NCBI GenBank assembly: GCA_965249305.1
Contig: OZ252228.1
Coordinates: 3,172,284 to 3,236,283 of the forward strand
DNA length: 64,000 nucleotides
Reading direction: 5' to 3'
Source of the DNA: Candidatus Latescibacterota bacterium
GTDB taxonomy: Bacteria > Latescibacterota > UBA2968 > GCA-2709665
Shown: piece by piece, positions 28,215 to 37,296 of the stretch
How the letters are laid out: the number at the start of each line of letters is the position of its first letter
Position numbering within the stretch: the first letter of the stretch is position 1
Translations under genes and position numbers: made by a program
Notes under the pieces: model-generated
What the model was told of the DNA's origin: nothing
The model's input: only the letters and a program-made list of their open reading frames with translations
The model's database searches: none

Positions 28215-29621
28215 CTACGGTTTTTCCCCGTCCAGACGATATTTTCGGTAGAGGTGGCGGAACTGGTCGTAGCTGAGTTTGAGCTGGGCGGCGGCTTGCC
28301 TCTGGTTCCAGCCCGTGGCGTGCAGGGCCCGGCGGAGCAGGCCCAGTTCAAAGGCCCTGGCCTGCGCTTCAAATCCTTCGCCGGAGGGTTCGGGAACGTC
28401 CCGGGCGATTTCGGAGGGCAGGTCGTCGGGTTCGATGGTGGGGCCGGCGGCCATGCAGACGGCGCGCTCGACGGCGAATTTGAGGTCGCGTACGTTGCCC
28501 GGCCAGTCGTAGGCGAGCAGCCGCTCTGTGGCGGGGTTTGAAAAGGGGCGGCGTTCCAGGCCGGGGACCTCCTGGACGATCTGTTCGGCGAAGAACTCGG
28601 CTAAGGGCTGGATGTCTTCCCGCCGCTGCCGCAGGGGAGGGATGCGGATGATTTCAAACCGGAGGCGGTCGTAGAGGTCCTGCCGGAAGCGGCCTTCGGC
28701 CATTTCCCGTTCCAGGTCGGCATTCGTGGCGGCAATAATGCGCACGTCTACTGAGATGGGATCGGCGGCGCCCACTCGCTGCACTTCCTGGTATTCGATG
28801 GCGCGCAGGATGTTCTGCTGAAATTCGGGGGTGGTGTTGGCGATTTCGTCTAAGAAGAGGGTGCCTCCGTTGGCGGCTTCAAACCGGCCCGGTCGGGCCT
28901 CGGTGGCGCCGGTGAAGGCGCCTTTTTCGTGCCCGAAGAGTTCGCTTTCCAGCAGGGTAGCGGAGAGGGCCGCGCAGTTGACTTTGACAAAGGGGCGGTC
29001 TTTGCGCACGCCCCCATAGTGGACTGCGGCAGCGACGAGTTCTTTGCCGGTGCCCCGTTCGCCTAAGATGAGGACCGGACGGGGAATGGAGGCGACCCGC
29101 TCGGCCTGCTGCATGATCTGCCGCATCTGGGGGCTCTCGCCGATGACCTGGTAGCGTTTTCCGAATTCCGTCCGGTAGAACCGATTTTCCCGGTCCAGGT
29201 CGTCCACTTCGGCCCGCAGCCGGGCGTTCTCGCGCAGGACGGAGAGCATCCGGTCGAGTTTTTCTAAGCTGAGTTCGAGCCGGTCTTCAATGTAGAAGTC
29301 TTTTTCGATAAAGTCGGCGGCGCCCAGTCGCAGAGCGGCTACGGCGGTTTCCACGGTGCCTTTTCCGGTGAGGATGATCACCGGCAGGTCGGGCGCTTCG
29401 GCCCGCATCTGCCGGAGGGTTTCCAGGCCGTCCGGTTCGTCCGGACCAAAGTCCAGGTCCAGGATGGCCATGTCGACCTTCGCGGTATGTTTCTTAAGGT
29501 AGCCAAGCGCCCCGGCGCCGGAGGTGAAGGACCGGACGGTACGGCCGTCGGCCTGGAGGCTGCGGGTGAGCATGTCCAGGATCTCGGGCTGGTCGTCGGC
29601 GATGAGGATGTGTGCTTTCAT
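28215..29621 (-). CDS. Sigma-54-dependent two-component response regulator (NtrC/AtoC family: REC + AAA+ sigma54-activator + Fis-type HTH)
   Basis: REC domain ([14 protein letters not shown]...D), Walker [16 protein letters not shown], the GAFTGA motif (KGAFTGATE), and a C-terminal HTH. Confidence 0.88.
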   Translation of the reverse strand: MKAHILIADDQPEILDMLTRSLQADGRTVRSFTSGAGALGYLKKHTAKVDMAILDLDFGPDEPDGLETLRQMRAEAPDLPVIILTGKGTVETAVAALRLGAADFIEKDFYIEDRLELSLEKLDRMLSVLRENARLRAEVDDLDRENRFYRTEFGKRYQVIGESPQMRQIMQQAERVASIPRPVLILGERGTGKELVAAAVHYGGVRKDRPFVKVNCAALSATLLESELFGHEKGAFTGATEARPGRFEAANGGTLFLDEIANTTPEFQQNILRAIEYQEVQRVGAADPISVDVRIIAATNADLEREMAEGRFRQDLYDRLRFEIIRIPPLRQRREDIQPLAEFFAEQIVQEVPGLERRPFSNPATERLLAYDWPGNVRDLKFAVERAVCMAAGPTIEPDDLPSEIARDVPEPSGEGFEAQARAFELGLLRRALHATGWNQRQAAAQLKLSYDQFRHLYRKYRLDGEKP

Positions 29622-29895
29622 GAAATTTTCACAAAATTTGTAAAATTCGCCTTGTGGAAGGTCCCGGCGGCGGTGCCCCGGGAATGCCAGAGGGCTTCGA
29701 GCAGGCGCCGGTGGCCCTGTCCACCACGTTCACAGGCGTAGCAGAGTGATGTCTCAGAAAAGCGTTGCAGGACCGAAAAGGCAACCACCGATGAACACCA
29801 ATGAACACCGATAAATGTAGGGGCGGACCCCTGTGTCCGCCCTGGTGTGGTGTGGTGTGGAGGGCCGTTTGCCGTTTGCCGTTTGCCCTCTGCCT

Positions 29896-31263
29896 TCACT
29901 CAATAAACTCCTCCGCAAGAGGATGTCGCGGCGTTTGCAGCGGGGCGCCCTGCAGGCCGATGCTCTCCTCGTCGGAGGTGAGTTCGAAGTCGATGGGGAG
30001 GTCGATGCGGAAGACGGCGCCGGCGGCCGGCCGGCTGATGACCCGGAGGTTTCCCCGGTGGGCGGAGACGATGCGGGCGCAGATGCTGAGGCCATAGCCG
30101 TTGCCTTTTTCTTTGGTGGAGTAGCCGGGGTCGAAGATCCGGCTCTGGAGCGATTTGAGAATGCCGGGGCCGTCGTCTTCCACTTCAACGTAGACCGAGG
30201 CCCGTTTGGGGGCGTAGCCGGTCTGAACGGTGACCCTGCCCTCCTCGCCAACGGCTTCGAGGGCGTTGAGGATCAGGTTGGTGACCGCCTCGCGAAGCAT
30301 GCCGGCGTCGCCTTTGACGGGAGGCACGTGGGGTTCTGAAGCGAAGGTGAGGGTTTTCCGGCCTTTTTTCAATGAGACGGTTTCACTCACGTTTCGTACA
30401 AGCCGGGGGATCTCCACTAAGGTGGGGTTCAGGTGGTCCTGTTTCATGGCGCGCAGGTAGGCCACCCACTGGTCATAGATCCGCTCCTGTTCGCGGGCGA
30501 TTTCCTTGAGGTCGTCCAGCCCCTCCGCACCTTCGGGCGGCTTCCGGATGAGGCGCCGCATGCGGCTGCCGACCATGCCCATGAGGTTTTTGAGCTGGTG
30601 CCCCCGGGTGTAGAGGCTTTCGAAGACCTGCACCCGGCCCAGGTCGATGAGTTCGAGGGAGAGCCGGGAGAGCACCGAGGCCGCCCGAACGCCGAATTCT
30701 TCGATGATGGAGGTGTATTCCCGCTCCATCTGCGCGGGGCTCATGTGGTCGAACAGGAGGCGGGCCAGGTTCTGGTAAGGAAGGGTGTAGTCCGGTTCTA
30801 AGTGGAGGGCGATTTTGAAGGCACCCAGAGCCGGGATGACCTGGCCCGATTGCATCAGCAGGACGCCCAGGTTGTTGTGGCCCGGCGCAAAGAGGGGGTC
30901 TGCTTTGATGCCCCGCCGATAGACGGCGATGGCTTCGTCCCGGTTTTCGGGCGTGTCGTCCAGAAAGCTGCCCAGCAGGAAGCAGACCCGATCTAAGTTG
31001 GGACAGGGTACGCTCCGGTCGGCGGCGCCGAGGATGTGCTGCAGGGCCGCTACGGCCTTCTGCCGGCCCTTAGAACCGGGCGCGCCGCCCCGGGCGTAGA
31101 GGAGGGCAAGCTGGAACCGGGCGTTGAGATGGTCCGGTTCCAGCTCGACGGCACCCTCGAAGGCCTGCTGCGCCTCCGCTGTTTGGTCCTGTTTGAGGGC
31201 GCCCAGGCCGATTTTGAAGCGGAGGTCGGCATCTTGGACCTCGGTTTTTTCCAACGGAATCAC
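29896..31263 (-). CDS. Sensor histidine kinase with N-terminal TPR repeats (HisKA + HATPase_c)
   Basis: Phospho-acceptor His box region, and G1/G2 boxes VEVEDDGPGI...GNGYGLSI at the C-terminus. Its stop overlaps the flotillin start by 4 nt. Confidence 0.8.
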   Translation of the reverse strand: MIPLEKTEVQDADLRFKIGLGALKQDQTAEAQQAFEGAVELEPDHLNARFQLALLYARGGAPGSKGRQKAVAALQHILGAADRSVPCPNLDRVCFLLGSFLDDTPENRDEAIAVYRRGIKADPLFAPGHNNLGVLLMQSGQVIPALGAFKIALHLEPDYTLPYQNLARLLFDHMSPAQMEREYTSIIEEFGVRAASVLSRLSLELIDLGRVQVFESLYTRGHQLKNLMGMVGSRMRRLIRKPPEGAEGLDDLKEIAREQERIYDQWVAYLRAMKQDHLNPTLVEIPRLVRNVSETVSLKKGRKTLTFASEPHVPPVKGDAGMLREAVTNLILNALEAVGEEGRVTVQTGYAPKRASVYVEVEDDGPGILKSLQSRIFDPGYSTKEKGNGYGLSICARIVSAHRGNLRVISRPAAGAVFRIDLPIDFELTSDEESIGLQGAPLQTPRHPLAEEFIE

Positions 31264-32741
31264 CCCTCTTGAGCGGACGACCCGGTCTGACCCCCCTCAG
31301 CTGTACCTCCATCGGCGGCGCTGCCGGGCGTATCCGCCTGCTGCTGGCCCGTCAGCCTGCCGAGGAATTCGGGGAGTTCCAGCCCGGCCAGTTTGGCCAG
31401 GTCGTGCATCGGGGGGATGGTGCCCATCATCCGCTGGCCCAGGTTCGACAGTCCGCCCTGTCCGTTGCCCCCGTCCCAGACCATCACCTTTTCTAAGGGC
31501 AGGTTCCGGATGGCTTCGGCCTGGATACCTGCAACCTCGGTCAGCCGCTCGATAATCAGGAAGGCTGCGGCAGCCTGGTCTTTGCCGGCACACGCCGCCA
31601 CCAGCTCTTTGTAGCCCTCGGCCTTGGCATCCAGAATAGACTGCGTGCCCCGGGCCTCCGCCTGCATTCTGGCCAGGATGGCCGCGGCCTCACCCTCTGC
31701 CACGATGGTTTTCTGCTCTTTTTCGGCTTCGGCGTGGACAACTTGCTGCTGTTTCTGGGCCTCGGCAGGCACCACGACTTCGGCTTTCAGGCGCGCTTCT
31801 TCGCGCAGCGCCCGGGCTTCCTCGGCCTCTTTCTCCGCCCGTTCCTGGGCCACCCGGATGGCCCCGTCTGCGGCCTTCCCCGCTTCCTCCGATTTCTGTC
31901 GGGCCATCTCTTCGGCCACTTTCTGCTCGGCCAGGTAGCCGGCCTTCTTCGCCTCGGCGTCGGCCTCGGACTCGACCGCTTCGGCCTCCAGACCGGCGAC
32001 TCGCTGGCGCCGGTCCCGGGTGGCTTCGGCCTCGCCTATTTCTGCCGAGGCGTTGGCAGCGGCCACGGCCGTGCGCTGGTCCCTTTCCCGCTCGGACACT
32101 CCGGTTTTGCCCAGTTTGTCCTGCTCGGCCACGTCGATGGACGCCTGGTTGATCGCCTCAGCCGCCGCTTTCTGGCCGAGGGCTTTAATATATCCGCTCT
32201 CGTCCTCGATGTCTTTGATGTTCACGTTGATCACGGCCAGGCCGATTTTCTCCATCTCGGTGGAGACCGCCTCGTTGACCTTGCCCATAAAGGCCTGCCG
32301 GTCCCGGTTGATCTCCTCGATCTTCATGGTGGCGATCACGGCGCGCATCTGGCCCAGGATGATGTCCTGCGCCTGGCTCTCGATCTGGTTGCGCGACAGG
32401 CCCAGGAGGCGGACTGCGGCGTTTTGCATGATGCCCTGCTGGTTCGAGATGGCGGCGGTGACCGTTGTGGGCACCGATACCCGGATGTTTTCCTGGGAGA
32501 GCGCGTTGTCCAGGTCGATGGGCACCACGAAGGGCTCCAGATTCAGGTATTCGTAGTCCTGCAGCAGGGGCAGGACGAAGGCTGCGCCCCCGTGTACGCA
32601 CTTGGCCGCGCCGCTTCCGGTTTTGCCGTAGATCACCAGGATATTGTTGGACGGACAGCGCTTGTACCTGGAGATGAAGGTGAGGAACAGCAGAAACACG
32701 ACCGCGCCCAGGACTACCATCAGGATCATCTGAGTCGGCAT
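31260..32741 (-). CDS. Flotillin-like SPFH/band-7 domain protein (FloT/YqiK-like)
   Basis: N-terminal TM helix, an SPFH domain, then a long Ala/Glu-rich coiled coil (AEAEA.../EAEKE...) typical of flotillins. 493 aa. Confidence 0.8.
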   Translation of the reverse strand: MPTQMILMVVLGAVVFLLFLTFISRYKRCPSNNILVIYGKTGSGAAKCVHGGAAFVLPLLQDYEYLNLEPFVVPIDLDNALSQENIRVSVPTTVTAAISNQQGIMQNAAVRLLGLSRNQIESQAQDIILGQMRAVIATMKIEEINRDRQAFMGKVNEAVSTEMEKIGLAVINVNIKDIEDESGYIKALGQKAAAEAINQASIDVAEQDKLGKTGVSERERDQRTAVAAANASAEIGEAEATRDRRQRVAGLEAEAVESEADAEAKKAGYLAEQKVAEEMARQKSEEAGKAADGAIRVAQERAEKEAEEARALREEARLKAEVVVPAEAQKQQQVVHAEAEKEQKTIVAEGEAAAILARMQAEARGTQSILDAKAEGYKELVAACAGKDQAAAAFLIIERLTEVAGIQAEAIRNLPLEKVMVWDGGNGQGGLSNLGQRMMGTIPPMHDLAKLAGLELPEFLGRLTGQQQADTPGSAADGGTAEGGQTGSSAQEG

Positions 32742-32778
32742 ATGAGTCTCCTTTCATGGGTGGGTTGATTTTCGGAGT

Positions 32779-33385
32779 TCAGGATTCGATTTGTTCGACC
32801 TCAAGGGTGGTCTTGTCGATCACCCGCAGCACCCGAACCGGGGTGCTGTGGAGGATCGCCGCCCCGTTCTTCGTGCGTGCGGATACATAGGCGACCGCAC
32901 CGCTTTCCGTTACCCGGATCTGCCCGGTCCCGTTTTCGGGGATGTCCATGTAGACTTCGCCCGAGGTGCCGACACAGGTCTCCAGGTCCGGGTTGCCGGT
33001 CTCGCTCAGTTGCTGAATGCCGTGGTAGAAATAGGCCACGACGACCATCGCGGCGGCGCCCCAGACCAGGCCCGTAGAGGAGCGCGCTTTCCACCTCCGT
33101 GCCCGATTGCAGGTACAGAGCGCCGGCCCAGCCGAAGAGCATGCCAAATGCGATGATGGAACGGACCGACAGGAGCTTGAAGGCTGCCGCGCTGGCATCC
33201 TGGATCCCGTCGTCGATCTCCGGTCCGGCGTCATCGAGGGCCGCGTCTCCACTGTCCGCACCTCCCCCTCCTCCCAGGCCGACCGGGGCCGCCAGGAGCT
33301 GCCAGAAGAACAGCGAGCTGAAAAAGATCGCTATGGCGAAGAAGGTCTGGTTCAGCGCAGTCAGGTTTGTCCACCAGGCTTCCAT
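32779..33385 (-). pseudogene. NfeD/YqiJ-like membrane protein, apparent frameshift near 33060..33085
   Basis: Frame A (33385 down to about 33070) encodes the membrane N-terminus (...AFGMLFGWAGALYLQSG...). Frame B (about 33080 down to 32779) encodes the NfeD C-terminal beta-barrel (...SGEVYMDIPENGTGQIRVTESGAVAYVSARTKNGAAILHSTPVRVLRVID...). The two frames overlap at a GGGG run. Confidence 0.55.
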
Positions 33386-33481
33386 GGCTGCCTCCTTTCA
33401 TCTGGACCGACGATGCCATGATATGTATGATACCGCCCGATTGTCAAGGTCTATCTATTAAGGATTGTACTCTTCTGGGCG

Positions 33482-34063
33482 CTACACCATCTGGAGGCCC
33501 AATTTGCGAAATTCCCCCTTCAACTGCCGCCGCCCCCGGCACAGCCAGGTTTTGACCGTGCCCATCGGCACCTGGAGCGCCTGCATGATTTCTTCGTAGG
33601 ACCAGTCCCTGACGTAGCGCAGCCAGATCGCTTTGCGGTAACGCGAGGGTAGAGACCGGATGCCTTTTATCACGAGTTTGCGGCGTTCCTTCTGCTGCAT
33701 CACGTGTTCGGGGTTTTCGTAGGGGGCCGGCTCCCGGTCGATTCCGGCCGCCAGCTCGGGGTCTTCGGTCTCGTATATCCAGGTCTGCCGCACCCGCTGC
33801 GCCCGGAGGTGAGATTTGTAGACGTTTAAGGCGATCTGGGTCAGCCAGGTGGAGAAGGCCGCATCGCCCCGGTAGGTTTTGAGGGAACGGTAGGCGCGCA
33901 GGAAGGTGGTCTGGATCAGGTCTTCGAGCAGGTCCCTGTCGGTAACGCGGCGGGCGATCATGGCGTAGACCTGTGGATGGTGAGCCCTGTAGAGGGTCTC
34001 AAAGGCGGTTGGATCTCCGTCCAGGGTCCGGCGGATCAGGGCCCGGTCTTCTGTGCGTGACAT
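33482..34063 (-). CDS. ECF-type RNA polymerase sigma-70 factor (sigma-24/RpoE family)
   Basis: Region 2 (FETLYRAHHPQVYAMIARRV...DLIQTTFLRAYRSL) and region 4 (...YRKAIWLRYVRDWSYEEIMQALQVPMGTVKTWLCRGRRQL). Confidence 0.85.
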   Translation of the reverse strand: MSRTEDRALIRRTLDGDPTAFETLYRAHHPQVYAMIARRVTDRDLLEDLIQTTFLRAYRSLKTYRGDAAFSTWLTQIALNVYKSHLRAQRVRQTWIYETEDPELAAGIDREPAPYENPEHVMQQKERRKLVIKGIRSLPSRYRKAIWLRYVRDWSYEEIMQALQVPMGTVKTWLCRGRRQLKGEFRKLGLQMV

Positions 34064-34081
34064 TTTTCGATTCCTTTAGTA

Positions 34082-34258
34082 ATCGGATTCCCGCGTGACC
34101 AGCCGGTAGCCGACGTAGAGGAGGACCAGCGGTATGGCCAGTTTGACGAGGGCCCAGAGCAGCCCGAAGAGTGTGCCGATCAGTTGAAACAGGACGCCGA
34201 GGGCCAGAGAGCCCCCGATGATGATTAAGAGAATGCCGAGGATTTTTGCGAACATGGG
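34082..34258 (-). CDS. Small (58-aa) two-TM membrane protein (hand-translated; below the ORF-track threshold)
   Basis: MFAKILGILLIIIGGSLALGVLFQLIGTLFGLLWALVKLAIPLVLLYVGYRLVTRESDY*. It sits between the TM2 gene and the ECF sigma gene. Confidence 0.35.
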
Positions 34259-34297
34259 GGTTTCCTTTTTCGGTTCGTCTGGACTTCAATGAGCGTT

Positions 34298-34657
34298 TTA
34301 GCTCTGGAAATGGCTTCTGGTCAATTTTTCGTCAACGGCCAGGATGATGTCCTGTATGTCGTTCAAACGCTGTTCCAGTACTTTGATCCGATCTGTCAGT
34401 TCACCCATTTGCGGTTCGTCCGGTGGGGGTTCCAACCACCGGAAGACCCTCCGGTTGTCGGCGTCCCGAAACGATCCGACAAGGATGAAGACCAGATCAA
34501 TCATTGCCCATACCCCCAATCCCCCAAAGGTCACGATCATCAAGACAGCGGTGCCCCCTTTTCCCACATAGAAGCGATGGGCGCCGAAAATTCCGAATAG
34601 AAAACAGAGCAGGGCCGCAACCAGCCTGGATCTGGGTGAGAGTACCTGGGATTCCAT
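34298..34657 (-). CDS. TM2-domain membrane protein fused to the cluster-specific C-terminal coiled-coil motif
   Basis: TM2/NINE signature GAHRFYVGKGGTAVLMIVTFGGLGVWAMIDLVFIL, then ...LTDRIKVLEQRLNDIQDIILAVDEKLTRS. Confidence 0.65.
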   Translation of the reverse strand: MESQVLSPRSRLVAALLCFLFGIFGAHRFYVGKGGTAVLMIVTFGGLGVWAMIDLVFILVGSFRDADNRRVFRWLEPPPDEPQMGELTDRIKVLEQRLNDIQDIILAVDEKLTRSHFQS

Positions 34658-34671
34658 AACCTGGCTCCTTT

Positions 34672-35259
34672 TCAGCTTCCTGATTTGCCTATGCTTAATT
34701 TCTCGTCGAGCGAGATGACCACATCCTGGATGTCGGTGAGGCGCTGTTCCAGGGTGTCCAGCCGGTCTTCCATCCGCTTTGCCCGATCCGGCTTTACGCC
34801 CTTTCCGCCGTGTTTCTGCCGCTTGAGTACGTAGCTTATCGTTCCGCCTGTGGCGACGATCAGGCAGATCCCGATTGCAATTTCAAGAACGATGCCCAGG
34901 CCGGTTTCAGGCCGGCGCGACCCCAGGCGTTCGGCGGCCTCTTCCAGATGTTTGACCGTCTCCCAGAGACGCCTCTGATTTTCTAACAACAGGTTGAGAT
35001 GTTCATCGGCGTTTACGCTCGCCTGTAGCACAACTGCAGATTCCTCCGGCGCCCAGATCCACCGGTTCGCGGTATAGGCCCAGATCAGGAACACGATGCC
35101 GACCAGGAGGAGCAGGACAAATAAACGGTCTCCTGAAGACTTACTGAAGCTCACACCATTTTTCCCCCCAACCTGGCTCGGGCTTATAAGATAGGTTGCA
35201 ATTCCTCCTGAAATGATCAGAATACCGATTCCAATCGCCAGCTCCAGGATCCAGCTCAT
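34672..35259 (-). CDS. PspB-like membrane protein, internally duplicated (3 TM segments, two coiled-coil tails)
   Basis: Ends ...RMEDRLDTLEQRLTDIQDVVISLDEKLSIG. A first, degenerate copy (...LNLLLENQRRLWETVKHLEEAAERL) precedes the third TM segment. Confidence 0.45.
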   Translation of the reverse strand: MSWILELAIGIGILIISGGIATYLISPSQVGGKNGVSFSKSSGDRLFVLLLLVGIVFLIWAYTANRWIWAPEESAVVLQASVNADEHLNLLLENQRRLWETVKHLEEAAERLGSRRPETGLGIVLEIAIGICLIVATGGTISYVLKRQKHGGKGVKPDRAKRMEDRLDTLEQRLTDIQDVVISLDEKLSIGKSGS

Positions 35260-35339
35260 TTTATTCCCTCCCTGTGGGTTTGGGGCGAACGGTTTGATGG
35301 GTGCGCATATTGGGGATCTGTGTGTCTGTAACGCTCATC

Positions 35340-35549
35340 TTAGACTTCCACTTTGGATCTGCTCATTTTTTCGTCGATGTTGATCATGACGTCCTGAATG
35401 TCGGTGAGTCGGCGTTCGAGTTCGTCCATCCGCGCCATAAGTCGCGCTTCGGCGTCGCTGGGGATGGACCCCGTGGTGCGGCGGTCTACGTATTTGTAGA
35501 CTGCGGAGGCCAGAATGATCAATGCGATCATAAGTCCCAAGCTGGTCAT
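35340..35549 (-). CDS. PspB-like single-pass membrane protein (paralog 2)
   Basis: TM helix + SDAEARLMARMDELERRLTDIQDVMINIDEKMSRS. The single TM plus a ~45-aa helical tail reads S..E..RL......E..R...I....ILD.E, which parallels E. coli PspB. Confidence 0.45.
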   Translation of the reverse strand: MTSLGLMIALIILASAVYKYVDRRTTGSIPSDAEARLMARMDELERRLTDIQDVMINIDEKMSRSKVEV

Positions 35550-35550
35550 G

Positions 35551-35772
35551 TCATCCTCCCGGGTTATTCCTGCTCATTTTTTCGTCGATGTTGATCATGA
35601 CGTCCTGAATGTCGGTGAGCCTGCGGTCGAGTTCGTTCATCCGCGCCATCAGCCGCTCTTCGGCATCGCTGGGGACGGATCCCTTGGTGCGCCGATCTAT
35701 GTATTTGTGGACCGCAGAGGCGAGGATGATGATGGCGACCATGATGCCGATTGAAACCAGGTCCATGTCCAT
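35551..35772 (-). CDS. PspB-like single-pass membrane protein (paralog 3)
   Basis: TM helix + SDAEERLMARMNELDRRLTDIQDVMINIDEKMSRN. It is 2 nt from paralog 2 and about 85% identical to it over the tail. Confidence 0.45.
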   Translation of the reverse strand: MDMDLVSIGIMVAIIILASAVHKYIDRRTKGSVPSDAEERLMARMNELDRRLTDIQDVMINIDEKMSRNNPGG

Positions 35773-35783
35773 ACTGTCCCTCC

Positions 35784-36425
35784 CTATAATTCATGCACCG
35801 GCTTTGCCCGGTGTTTTTCGTCCCACCGCTCGATTTCCGGGAAGAAGTAGACGATGAGGCCCGAGTCGGAGACGCGGACCTCTGCGTGGCCCCGGACGGC
35901 CAGTTCGCGGAGGATTTCTTCGGTTTTTTCCACGGTCATCCGGCCGTCGGTGGCGGCTTCTAAGACGGTGAGGCTGCCGCCCTTTTCCCGGGCGAGTTTG
36001 AGCAGGCGGTGCTGGTACTGGGCATAGCGCTTGCGGTCGGCAGAGCGGTGGACCAGATGCCCGGCCCACCAGATGAGTTGGGCTGTGGCCAGAAGAAGGA
36101 GGCCGACGCTGAGCTGTTCCATTTGCCAGGTGTGATGCCCTACCACAGCGGTGACGGCTGCGATCAGACCGGCAAAGCCTTGCAGGGCGGCAAAGCCTTT
36201 CAAGCAGTATCCGAAGAGGTATCGCATCGCACAACTCCCGTCGGTGGCCAGGTCGGAGAGGCGAGCGGGCATCCGTTTGAATCCGTCGACGACCGTTCGG
36301 GCGTCCCGGACCGGCTTCCAGGCCGGCCGGGTTTTCCAGCCTCTCTGCCAGGTGTTCTGAGCGTCGCGTGCCGCGTTTTCGATTTCGTACGCGATCCGGT
36401 CGAGGATTTTCTGGGCGTCACCCAT
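35784..36425 (-). CDS. Membrane protein with C-terminal winged-helix-like domain, translationally coupled to pspA
   Basis: 213 aa. Three TM helices in the middle and a C-terminal GSLTVLEAATDGRMTVEKTEEILRELAVRGHAEVRVSDSGLIVYFF (wHTH-like). Its start overlaps the pspA stop (ATGGGTGA). Confidence 0.5.
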   Translation of the reverse strand: MGDAQKILDRIAYEIENAARDAQNTWQRGWKTRPAWKPVRDARTVVDGFKRMPARLSDLATDGSCAMRYLFGYCLKGFAALQGFAGLIAAVTAVVGHHTWQMEQLSVGLLLLATAQLIWWAGHLVHRSADRKRYAQYQHRLLKLAREKGGSLTVLEAATDGRMTVEKTEEILRELAVRGHAEVRVSDSGLIVYFFPEIERWDEKHRAKPVHEL

Positions 36426-37095
36426 CGGTCCGGCCCAGTTTCTTCTTCAGGGCTTCGAGTTCCTCTTCCACCGTGCCCTTCCGTTCGAGCTTGGTGAAGG
36501 AGTCTTCCAGCGAGGGCTCGGAACCGGCGATTTCCTGGTGGGCGTCGGCCTCGGCCTCTTCGGTCTCAACCCGCTGGCGGAACCGCTCGAAGCTGGAGAA
36601 GGCGTCGTCGCCCACGCCCGAGAGGCCCCGTGCGATCTGCTTGCGGGCTTCTGCGGCCTTGCGCCGGGCGATGAGGGCGCCCTGGCGGGTGCGGGCTTCG
36701 TCTAATTTGGCCTTGAGCTGCATCAGCTGCTGTTTGAGCTGTTCGGAGGTCCGCCGGCTTTCGTCGAGGGCGGCCTCCAGGTCCCGGACAGCCTCTTCCA
36801 GGGCCGCTTTTCGTTCCAGCGCCCGCCGGGCCAGGTCGTCTTCTCCGGCCTGCACGGCGAGTTCGGCCTTTTTCTGCCAGGCCTCGATCTGGTCCTTTTT
36901 CTCCATGTACTGGCGCTCCAGCCGTTTTTCGTTGGCTACGGCGGTGCCCACGGATGCGGTTGCTTTGTTGACGGCTTCCTCCATTTCGAGGATCATCTGG
37001 CGGATCATTTTTTCCGGGTCTTCCGCCCGGTTCAGGAGGTCGTTGATGTTGGCTTTGATGATGTCCGCCATTCTGGAGAAGATTCCTTTGGCCAT
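36418..37095 (-). CDS. pspA: Phage shock protein A / IM30 / Vipp1 family protein
   Basis: MAKGIFSRMADIIKANINDLLNRAEDPEKMIRQMILEMEEAV... is the canonical PspA N-terminus, and the coiled coil runs the whole length. 225 aa. Confidence 0.88.
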   Translation of the reverse strand: MAKGIFSRMADIIKANINDLLNRAEDPEKMIRQMILEMEEAVNKATASVGTAVANEKRLERQYMEKKDQIEAWQKKAELAVQAGEDDLARRALERKAALEEAVRDLEAALDESRRTSEQLKQQLMQLKAKLDEARTRQGALIARRKAAEARKQIARGLSGVGDDAFSSFERFRQRVETEEAEADAHQEIAGSEPSLEDSFTKLERKGTVEEELEALKKKLGRTDG

Positions 37096-37163
37096 GGTCT
37101 GACTCCTCTCTTTTTAGAACGTGAAACGTGAAACGGCAGCTTTCGGTTTTCAGCCGGTTTATC

Positions 37164-37180
37164 TGCAAGGAGCGTGCCGA
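37164..37180 (-). promoter_or_regulatory. Predicted sigma-54 (-24/-12) promoter of pspA: cGGCACG-ctcc-TTGCA
   Basis: Minus-strand sequence ttcGGCACGctccTTGCAgat has exact GG-N10-GC spacing and matches the TGGCACG-N4-TTGCW consensus. It lies about 70 nt upstream of the pspA ATG. Confidence 0.5.
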
Positions 37181-37264
37181 ATTTTTGGCTTAAGAAAAAT
37201 ACTTATAAAATATTGATATTTAAATATTTAAGATATAAGTTCTGAATCCGGCCGAACCGGAAAG

Positions 37265-37296
37265 TTGGTGTTTTTCACCAACTTGAGCGGTGAAAA
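37265..37296. promoter_or_regulatory. Candidate enhancer/UAS palindromes about 90-115 bp upstream of the sigma-54 promoter
   Basis: TTGGTG-ttttt-CACCAA (37265..37281) overlaps TTTTCACC-aacttgagc-GGTGAAAA (37272..37296). An AT-rich tract at 37196..37250 (aaaaatacttataaaatattgatatttaaatatttaagatataag) lies between them and the promoter, placed like an IHF/bending site. Confidence 0.3.

Noticed and set aside
27167-28372. Extension of the PIG-L ORF to 401 aa
   Set aside because: The extra N-terminal ~95 aa are translated from the CTCCGCG repeat/leader (RGDAEDAEKGKKG...). The conserved family N-terminus begins at the MPIENQG Met.
29622-29720. Possible sigma-54 promoter (TGGCAT-N5-GGGCA) upstream of the NtrC-type regulator gene
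   Set aside because: The -12 element is poor (GGGCA vs TTGCA), and the site lies within a region that may be co-transcribed with the kinase. The evidence is too weak to call.
36566-37168. 200-aa minus ORF and 244-aa plus ORF overlapping pspA
   Set aside because: Their low-complexity R/G/P- or S/A/R-rich translations are alternative-frame artefacts. The PspA frame is unambiguous.
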